A DNA stretch of 63,957 nucleotides, taken from a virus (Duplodnaviria > Caudoviricetes). Below the pieces are notes generated by a model, which saw only the letters and a program-made list of their open reading frames with translations, did not search any database and was not told the origin of the DNA. The stretch is from the IMG/VR virus record IMGVR_UViG_3300028840_000655, positions 1-63,957 of that record, one strand, 5' to 3'. Numbering within the stretch: position 1 is the stretch's first letter; each line of letters starts with the position of its first letter. The position numbers were made by a program, and so were the translations under genes. Shown here one piece after another: positions 57,091-63,957 of this stretch.

Positions 57091-57459
57091 ATGTACGTCC
57101 GATTGAACAACCAGACGAAGGGTTCGCTGACCACACAGTTGCCTAGCGGCGCGAAGGTCAGCATCACTCCGGCAGGCATCGAACTGTCCGACGAAGACGC
57201 GGCGTGGCTCATCGGGCGCTACGCGAACGTCGTCGAGTATGTCGTCGACACGTTGACCGACGAGCGTCCTGTTTCGCTGCCAGAGCCAGAAGCGCAGCCA
57301 GAGCCGGAGCCTGCTCCGACCCCGACTTCCGTACAGCCGGAGACCACGACAGAAGACAGCGGCTCCGGGGCAATCTCCGTCGCCGAACTTACCGAAGGCG
57401 GAAGGAAGGGCGCGACGAAGTCGAGCAAGTCGTCCGGACGCCGAACCAAGCGCACTTAG
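57091..57459 (+). CDS. Hypothetical protein
   Basis: RBS; structural operon. Confidence 0.65.
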   Translation: MYVRLNNQTKGSLTTQLPSGAKVSITPAGIELSDEDAAWLIGRYANVVEYVVDTLTDERPVSLPEPEAQPEPEPAPTPTSVQPETTTEDSGSGAISVAELTEGGRKGATKSSKSSGRRTKRT

Positions 57460-57473
57460 AACGGAGCGGCTAG

Positions 57474-59375
57474 ATGGCGATTGGCGACGACTTCTCGATT
57501 GCGGCGAACGGCGACATCCGCCACGTCTCCGGGTCGACGAACTACTCCGTCTTGGAGATGCACCGTTGGTTGCAGGGTCTCGCTGACAACGAGGACTCGG
57601 CAGGCAACGACTACATGGACATCACTCGGTTCACGCCGAGCGAGCGTTCGACCGACAACATCATCACGCTTCTCGACTACAGCGGCATCTCGGGTCCGAC
57701 ATACAACCTCGACGACACAGCCATCGAGTTCCTGTACGACGGCAGCATCGAGCAGAGCGGCGGCGACACGCGCTACGCCGGTCTCGTGGTCGTGGGCGCG
57801 GTCGAGACGGGCACCGAACTGCAAATCTGGCAGGACGAGGCAATCCTGACGAGCCATTGGTCGACAGGGAAGAACCCCGACGCAGGCGCGTCCATCCTCA
57901 ACCGCGTCCTCATCAAGACGCGCGAGGGCGGCGCGAACATCGACGGCGGTCGCATCATCGTGTGGGCGAGGGAACTCGGCGACACGTACGGCGAGTTCGC
58001 TGTGACGATGGGTCTCGGCAACAACACGGCGGCTATCTTCACGTCGACCGACCTCAACAACCAGACGGCAGAAGCCACCATCGCGACATGGTCTGACGTG
58101 ACGAACACCGAAGGCTATCAGTTGTACGACATCTCGGACGATGGAGCGGACGAGGCGTGGTACAGCCGATGGGACTACGGCACGCGCTCGGCGGCACAGG
58201 TCTACGAGCGAACGAAGTGGCTACAGCGACGCGGCACGGCTTCGACCTTGCACGCGATGAGCGGCGCGCTCTTCCGTGGCATCACGCATCAATGGAACTT
58301 CGACGGTCAGACGACGAACTTCACGGAGAACAACATCGTCGTTTGGGGCGTCTACATCACGTTCACGGGTCAGACGACGAACTTCACGCTCGGCGAGTAC
58401 CTGTCGTTCAGCGGCGGCGCGTACGGCAAACTCATCATGGTCAACGACGCAGGCGCGACCGGCGAGATGGTCGTCATGGTGCAGAACGCGGGGTCCATCA
58501 CGACTTCCGAGACCATCACGGGTCTCACGTCAGGCGGCGACGGCACGGTCGGCACCGTCACGGACAACACACAGACGGGCGGTTCGGCTCGCATCCTTGC
58601 GGTCGACGACAACGGCGCGACCGGAACCATGTGGGTCCAGTTGCTTTCGGGCACGGCTCCCGGCGACAACTACGTCCTCTACGAGCGAGGCTCGGCGGCG
58701 ACCGACCACGGCGCGGTGCAGGGCACCGTCTCGACCATCACGGTCTCGCCAGAGTTCATCGGCACCTACACCGGCTCCGCATTCATCGGAGCGCGAGGCA
58801 TCGGCGTCGAACCGACTGACGGCATCGCAGCCGACCAGTTCTTCGAGTTGACGACCGGCGCACTCGTGCAGCCGCCGAACAACCAGACGTTCACCGTGTT
58901 CGGTCTCGTGGTCGGGGACCGCGTCCTCGTCACGAACAACAACGCGGGCGCTCCGGACTTCGCGCAGTTGACGTTGAACACGACGCTCTCCGGGGCGACT
59001 GTGGGCAGCGTCATCGTCGACGAGGCAATCCCCGCAGACACTCCGTCTTCGGGTTGGCTCCGCGTCGAGACGGACGCAGGGCGCTATCAGCATTGCGTCT
59101 ACACGTCATGGGCGACGTCGACGTTCACCATCTCGCCGACTGAGGACTTCTCAGGCGACAACGCGACGGCTGGCAACGGCGTCATGATTGGCTACATCGA
59201 CAAGGCGGCGACAGCCGTCGAAGAGTCGTGGACCGGCACCTACCAGTCGGACCGCACGATGTTCGTGCGAGTGCGCGAGGGAACGTCGGGCACGCCAATC
59301 AAGACCTTCGAGACGACAGCGGTCTTCGGTTCCGGTGGCGGTTCGGCTACAGCCATCCGAACGGACGACTACTAG
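57474..59375 (+). CDS. Large beta-rich putative virion protein
   Basis: 633 aa, Thr/Gly-rich, between capsid and adaptor genes. Confidence 0.7.
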   Translation: MAIGDDFSIAANGDIRHVSGSTNYSVLEMHRWLQGLADNEDSAGNDYMDITRFTPSERSTDNIITLLDYSGISGPTYNLDDTAIEFLYDGSIEQSGGDTRYAGLVVVGAVETGTELQIWQDEAILTSHWSTGKNPDAGASILNRVLIKTREGGANIDGGRIIVWARELGDTYGEFAVTMGLGNNTAAIFTSTDLNNQTAEATIATWSDVTNTEGYQLYDISDDGADEAWYSRWDYGTRSAAQVYERTKWLQRRGTASTLHAMSGALFRGITHQWNFDGQTTNFTENNIVVWGVYITFTGQTTNFTLGEYLSFSGGAYGKLIMVNDAGATGEMVVMVQNAGSITTSETITGLTSGGDGTVGTVTDNTQTGGSARILAVDDNGATGTMWVQLLSGTAPGDNYVLYERGSAATDHGAVQGTVSTITVSPEFIGTYTGSAFIGARGIGVEPTDGIAADQFFELTTGALVQPPNNQTFTVFGLVVGDRVLVTNNNAGAPDFAQLTLNTTLSGATVGSVIVDEAIPADTPSSGWLRVETDAGRYQHCVYTSWATSTFTISPTEDFSGDNATAGNGVMIGYIDKAATAVEESWTGTYQSDRTMFVRVREGTSGTPIKTFETTAVFGSGGGSATAIRTDDY

Positions 59376-59455
59376 CGGGCGGGGTCCACTCCCCGATGAG
59401 AGCAACGACGGTCCGGCCCAGTATCCGGACCGTCGCTTGCTACACGGAGGTCTAG

Positions 59456-61300
59456 ATGGCAGCGTCCACATGGAACCTCGCGAACACGACAGACATCATG
59501 CTCGAACCGTCGACGGACGGGAACTTCACGGCGTTCGGCGGCGGTCCTGCGGGTCTCAACAACGAGACCGACTACTTCATCCAAGGGTCGGAGTGCGAGT
59601 CGAAGAACGCATGGGCGAGCGCGTATCGCGGGATGATGCACGACGAGGGCGCGGACCTTCCCATCGGGACCGACGAGGTCGCGATGATATGGACCATCTA
59701 TCACGTTCCGAACGCGCTCACCGACAACGCCGGAGCGGGCGAGACCGGGCACGTCATCCGCGCAGGCTCGGCGGTCGACGCGAACTACTACTACTTCAAG
59801 GTCGGCGACAACCTGACGTTGCTCTTCGAGACGTGGGTTCCGTGGGTCGTCAACTGGGATAACTCGCTCGAAAGCGGCACGGTCGGGACGCCAACGGCGA
59901 CCATCGACCATATCGGCGCGGGATGGGACGTCTCCGCGAACGGTCCGACGAAGGGTTCTCCGGCGGGCATCGACTGTATCCGCGAAGGTCGGTTCGAGTT
60001 GCAGTACCGCGACGGCGACGCGACACCGAATGGGCCGAACACGTTTGCGCTCGCGGAAGCGTTCTCCAACGATAACTCGCGCCGATGGGGCGTCTTGGAG
60101 TTCATCGCAGGCACGTACCGGATGCAGGGATACCACTCGTTCGGCGACGCGTCGAACCCGGTCTACTTCCAAGACTCGGACGTCGTCCTCTTCATCCGCG
60201 ACACGCCATACGCTCCGGCGGGCTTCAACCGCATCGAAATCGAGAACGCGTCGACCGACGTCGATTGGGACAACATCATCATCACGGCGTTGGGGACGCA
60301 GTCACCGGGGACGTTCGTCGTCACGTCCGGCGCATTCGACGCGGTCAACTGCCAGTTCATCGGCATGGGGACGTTCGACTTCCTGTCAAGTTCGAGTGCG
60401 ACCGCATGTGTGTTCGCGGGCACGGCTCAGGTCACGGCTCCGGGGACCGACCTGTCGGGGTCGCAGTTCGTCGAGCCTACGGTCGCGGCAGATACGGCGG
60501 CGGTCGTGTGGGATACAGCGACCGACACGGACGGACTGCTCGACAACACGTCGTTCGTCTCGCACCCGACCACGGCGCACCACGCCATCGAGTTCTCGAC
60601 CTTCGCGACCTCGTTCGACCTCGTCGGCATCGCGTTCTCAGGCTTCGGGGCCGAAGGCGCGAACGACGCAGCGCTCTACTTCCCGGACACCGGCTCGGAC
60701 CGGGCATGGGTCGTCAACCTCATCGGTTGCACCGGGACAATCAACTTCAAGAAGGTCAGGGCGGGCGACACGGTCTCGCTCGTCATCGACCCGGTCACGC
60801 TCGCCATCACGGTCGAGAACTCGGCAGGGACAGCCATCTCCGGCGCGCGGGTCATCGCGGAGGTCACGTCGGCGGCGGGCGGATGGCCCTATCAGGAGTC
60901 CATCTCCATCGTCCAGACGGCAGGCACGGCGACCGCGACGCACACGGCGCACGGGCTGTCGACGAACGATTGGGTCGTCATCCGTGGGGCGACGCAAGAG
61001 GAATACAACGGGGTCCATCAAATCACGGTCACGGGCGTCAACACGTACACGTTCAGCGTCGACAGCGGTGCGACGTCCCCGGCGACCGGCTCCCCGACCG
61101 CGACCTTCGCTGTCATCCAAGGCACGACCAACGTCTCCGGCTTCATCTCGGCGACCTACTCGTACACGGCGAACCAACCCGTACGAGTCAGGACGCGCAG
61201 CGCGACGACTCCCCCGTACTACAAGCCGGACGTCCGGACCGTTACCATCGACAGCGGAAGCGGTGCGAGTCAGACCATCGCGCTCATCACGGACCAGTAG
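59456..61300 (+). CDS. Large beta-rich putative virion protein
   Basis: 614 aa; beta-helix-like middle and a TAHGL...V.I.G....YNG domain. Confidence 0.7.
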   Translation: MAASTWNLANTTDIMLEPSTDGNFTAFGGGPAGLNNETDYFIQGSECESKNAWASAYRGMMHDEGADLPIGTDEVAMIWTIYHVPNALTDNAGAGETGHVIRAGSAVDANYYYFKVGDNLTLLFETWVPWVVNWDNSLESGTVGTPTATIDHIGAGWDVSANGPTKGSPAGIDCIREGRFELQYRDGDATPNGPNTFALAEAFSNDNSRRWGVLEFIAGTYRMQGYHSFGDASNPVYFQDSDVVLFIRDTPYAPAGFNRIEIENASTDVDWDNIIITALGTQSPGTFVVTSGAFDAVNCQFIGMGTFDFLSSSSATACVFAGTAQVTAPGTDLSGSQFVEPTVAADTAAVVWDTATDTDGLLDNTSFVSHPTTAHHAIEFSTFATSFDLVGIAFSGFGAEGANDAALYFPDTGSDRAWVVNLIGCTGTINFKKVRAGDTVSLVIDPVTLAITVENSAGTAISGARVIAEVTSAAGGWPYQESISIVQTAGTATATHTAHGLSTNDWVVIRGATQEEYNGVHQITVTGVNTYTFSVDSGATSPATGSPTATFAVIQGTTNVSGFISATYSYTANQPVRVRTRSATTPPYYKPDVRTVTIDSGSGASQTIALITDQ

Positions 61301-61310
61301 GGGAGTGGCA

Positions 61311-61769
61311 ATGCACGAGTACAAGGCGAACCGCGCACCGATTGACAGCGACAAGGCGGCGTGTCTCGATTGCGGCAAGCCGCCGAGCGACAGCGAACAT
61401 TCGACCGTCACCGTGACGCCACCCGGCGACAAGGTCGTCATCCCCGGCAACCCGCCGGAGACAAGGGCGCGCGTCGTTCACATGGAAGACCTCCGCAGGC
61501 CGGACGGCACGGCTCCGAAGAACAACGGCGAACTCATCTCCGTCATGAACGCGAACGCGCTCGCGCAGGACAACGCGGACCTCCGCAATCAGGTCTCGGA
61601 ACTCAAGGCCATGCTCGCGAAGGTCAACCTCGTCTTGACGAGCATCCAGAAACAGCAGCAGGCGATGAGCGTCACCATCGCGCAGACACACGGCGCGACG
61701 CAGGACACGAAGACTCGTCTCATGGCGCACATGCGCGACGAGCATGGTCTCCCGTGGCTTGGAGAGTAG
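61311..61769 (+). CDS. Hypothetical coiled-coil protein
   Basis: GGGGAG RBS. Confidence 0.65.
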   Translation: MHEYKANRAPIDSDKAACLDCGKPPSDSEHSTVTVTPPGDKVVIPGNPPETRARVVHMEDLRRPDGTAPKNNGELISVMNANALAQDNADLRNQVSELKAMLAKVNLVLTSIQKQQQAMSVTIAQTHGATQDTKTRLMAHMRDEHGLPWLGE

Positions 61770-61779
61770 AAGGTGATGG

Positions 61780-62391
61780 ATGGCGACGGCGATTGATTGG
61801 GGGACGCGGGTTCTCACTATTCCGAAGGCCGACCTGACGCCTGTATCGGGCGAACTCTACGAACTCGACACGGAAGCGTGGCGGCTCGAACTCAAGGCTC
61901 TCGAAACGAGCGAGGACGGCATCGTCTTCCCTGACATCCACAGGAACCCGGTCGACTCAGGCATCGTCATCGCGGGCGTGCAGTACGCGCGCTTCATCGA
62001 AATCATCAACGGCTTCAAGGTCGAGTTCCAAGTCGACGGGTTGGTCTCACCGGATGACCACTACTCCGTCACGCTCGTCGGCTCGAACAACAACATCTTC
62101 GACGAGGGCGTCATCGTCAGGAACTCGGTCGGCGTGAACTCGCAGAACTCAGCGGGTCTCATCAAGGACACGAACGCGGACCTCGCGGCGGACGTGTGGG
62201 CGTATCAGATTACGCCGGGGTTCAACGTCGCGGACCTCGTTCGGGGCATCGCGGCGGCGAACCTCGCGAAGTTGTCCGGGGCGGGCGGTTCGACCATCAT
62301 CATCCGCGACGTCGACGACACGAAGGACGCCATCACGGCGAGCGTCGACGCGGACGGGAACCGCATCTCCCTCGTTCTAGACCTGTCGTGA
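61780..62391 (+). CDS. Putative virion protein
   Basis: Operon context. Confidence 0.65.
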   Translation: MATAIDWGTRVLTIPKADLTPVSGELYELDTEAWRLELKALETSEDGIVFPDIHRNPVDSGIVIAGVQYARFIEIINGFKVEFQVDGLVSPDDHYSVTLVGSNNNIFDEGVIVRNSVGVNSQNSAGLIKDTNADLAADVWAYQITPGFNVADLVRGIAAANLAKLSGAGGSTIIIRDVDDTKDAITASVDADGNRISLVLDLS

Positions 62392-62392
62392 C

Positions 62393-62821
62393 ATGTTCGC
62401 ACCGCGCTACTTCACCGAACGCTACTGGACCGGGCGCTACTGGCCGCCGGGGGGTGACATCGTCATCGCTCCGCATTACGGCATCGTCACCGTTCGCGAC
62501 GAGCGGTCGGTCGGCGTGGTCGCGGCACCGGAGCGCGAAGCGTTCATCTCAAGCGACGTCCGGACGGTCTCTGTCGACGCTCGACGGGTTCGGTCTGTAT
62601 ATCTGGCGTCCTCGGACCCGCGTATCGTGGCTGTCGCGGCGCAGGACGGACGGAGAGCGGCGTTTGCGTGGCAGGGGAGGAATGTATCGGTCCAGCCGCA
62701 ATCTTCCCGCACAGGGCGTCTGGCGGCGTCTGACGGTCGCAGGGCTTCCGTCAGTTCGACAGGACGACGTAGCATGGTCTCGACGCGCGGGCGGCGGGCG
62801 ACGGTAACGGAGACGACATGA
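62393..62821 (+). CDS. Hypothetical protein
   Basis: Operon tiling; MF.P.YF...YW...YWP N-terminus. Confidence 0.55.
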   Translation: MFAPRYFTERYWTGRYWPPGGDIVIAPHYGIVTVRDERSVGVVAAPEREAFISSDVRTVSVDARRVRSVYLASSDPRIVAVAAQDGRRAAFAWQGRNVSVQPQSSRTGRLAASDGRRASVSSTGRRSMVSTRGRRATVTETT

Positions 62822-63180
62822 GCGACCTCGAACTCATCTACGGCGAAGACAAGACCCTTGACGTACAGGTCACGGACGAGACGGGCGTTCCCGGCACCGT
62901 CGACATCTCGTCGTCGGAGTTCTGGTTCGTCGTCAAGGCCGATTGGCTCGACTCGGACTCGGCGGCGTTGCTCACGAAGACGGTCGGCTCCGGCATCGCC
63001 ATCGCAGACGGACCGAACGGGCAGGCGACCATCGCCATCGCAGACACGGACTTCGCGGCGTTCGACAACGAGCCACGGCAGTACGTGTGGGGTCTCGCGG
63101 AGCGTAACGGCGGGACCGTCTACCGGCTCGACCGGGGGACCATGCTCATCTCACCGGCAGTCCTAGAGGTTCTGACATGA
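62818..63180 (+). CDS. BppU-N-like Ig-fold virion protein
   Basis: GED....V.V.D.....DIS...F..K...G.I.I.D...G...I.I...D pattern. Confidence 0.55.
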   Translation: MSDLELIYGEDKTLDVQVTDETGVPGTVDISSSEFWFVVKADWLDSDSAALLTKTVGSGIAIADGPNGQATIAIADTDFAAFDNEPRQYVWGLAERNGGTVYRLDRGTMLISPAVLEVLT

Positions 63181-63957
63181 CGCTCGTCACGCTACAGGCG
63201 GCGCTCGACCGGGTCGGCGTCGAACACGATACGGACGACGCGGCGCGCGTCCTGCTCTTGCTCCGCGCCATCTCCGCAGAGACCGAGCAGAAGGCAGGCC
63301 GGACGTGGTCGGCGACGGACTCGTACGTCAACGAGGTCATCGACTCGAAGGGCGTGTCGTCGGTCATCCTGTCGTCCGTCCCGGTCTCGGACCTCCTGTC
63401 GGTCAACACGGTCTACGGCGACGGCGAGGACGGCGTCATCGACTATCCGAGCCGTGTCGTGTGGGACGGCGTCACGTCGTACGCGACGGGTCTCGCGGCT
63501 CCGGTCGCCATCGGGGACACGAACGTCAAGGTCGACGACGTCGCGGACATCGAGGTCGGACATCACATCCTCATCTCGGACGACGAGGTCCGCTACGTCA
63601 CGGCGGTCGGCACGGCGGGCGCAGGCGGCACGGGCGTCGACTTCATGCCAGCGGCGCGCTTCGCGAACTCGGCAGGCAGCATCTATCACGTCGCCGGGGC
63701 GGACGCGTGGGTTCTCGACGACCCGCGACGCGGCAAGGTCTACGTCAGGGAGGGGCGGCGCTTGCTTCGCTTCATCTACCGCGTAGCAGCGGAGACGGTC
63801 CCGTACGACTTGCAGGAAGCCGTCCTCGCGTGGCTCGGCTCATCGTGGGCGGGGCGCGCTCTCAACCCGGCGCTCTCGTCCTACACGACCGGCGACGACT
63901 CAGAGTCCTACTCGGTCTCGTCGGCGGAACTCGCAGGCACGGCTCCGCCGGACGCAG
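63177..63957 (+). CDS. Head-tail adaptor protein (continues across the circular join to stop at 192-194)
   Basis: Own translation MTLVTLQAALDRVGV...VPYDLQEAVLAW...SYSVSS...TLSRYWR; typical gp6/gp15-like adaptor ends; precedes the head-closure gene. Confidence 0.8.
   Translation, partial: MTLVTLQAALDRVGVEHDTDDAARVLLLLRAISAETEQKAGRTWSATDSYVNEVIDSKGVSSVILSSVPVSDLLSVNTVYGDGEDGVIDYPSRVVWDGVTSYATGLAAPVAIGDTNVKVDDVADIEVGHHILISDDEVRYVTAVGTAGAGGTGVDFMPAARFANSAGSIYHVAGADAWVLDDPRRGKVYVREGRRLLRFIYRVAAETVPYDLQEAVLAWLGSSWAGRALNPALSSYTTGDDSESYSVSSAELAGTAPPDA
63814..63957. repeat. Terminal direct repeat, copy 2
   Basis: Identical to 1-144. Confidence 0.97.

Noticed and set aside
63814-63957. Biological terminal repeat or att site
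   Set aside because: It falls mid-gene and is best explained as circular assembly overlap

Overview
The window is an apparently complete, circular genome of a high-GC (about two-thirds GC by eye) tailed phage with siphovirus-type organisation. Bases 1-144 repeat exactly at 63814-63957, and the head-tail adaptor gene runs across that join. The virion module runs terminase, portal, MuF, protease/scaffold, capsid, adaptor, tail tube, tape measure and a 2670-aa tail fibre. There is also a YqaJ/RecT pair, a RuvC-like resolvase, DUF932, two candidate lysins and about 50 small accessory ORFs. I recognised no integrase, DNA polymerase, primase/helicase or tRNA. The most striking signals are non-coding. 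(1) A ~650-nt, ORF-free, heavily base-paired RNA on the minus strand (about 24545-25201) has its own promoter and is a candidate large ornate ncRNA. (2) A regulatory cassette recurs about 11 times: a sigma70 promoter overlapped by a 14-bp palindromic operator (CTACGCTAGCGTAG), in 8 cases a CRP/FNR-like box centred exactly 27.5 bp upstream of the -35, and usually a start-associated sequence (ACGAACGGAGAC). (3) Tandem NrdR-like boxes and a 29-bp direct-repeat pair lie at the strand-switch region. Also notable are a ChaB-MuF-zincin-ART-like head protein and apparent avoidance of GATC/AGCT. All protein calls come from motif recognition and synteny, not database searches.
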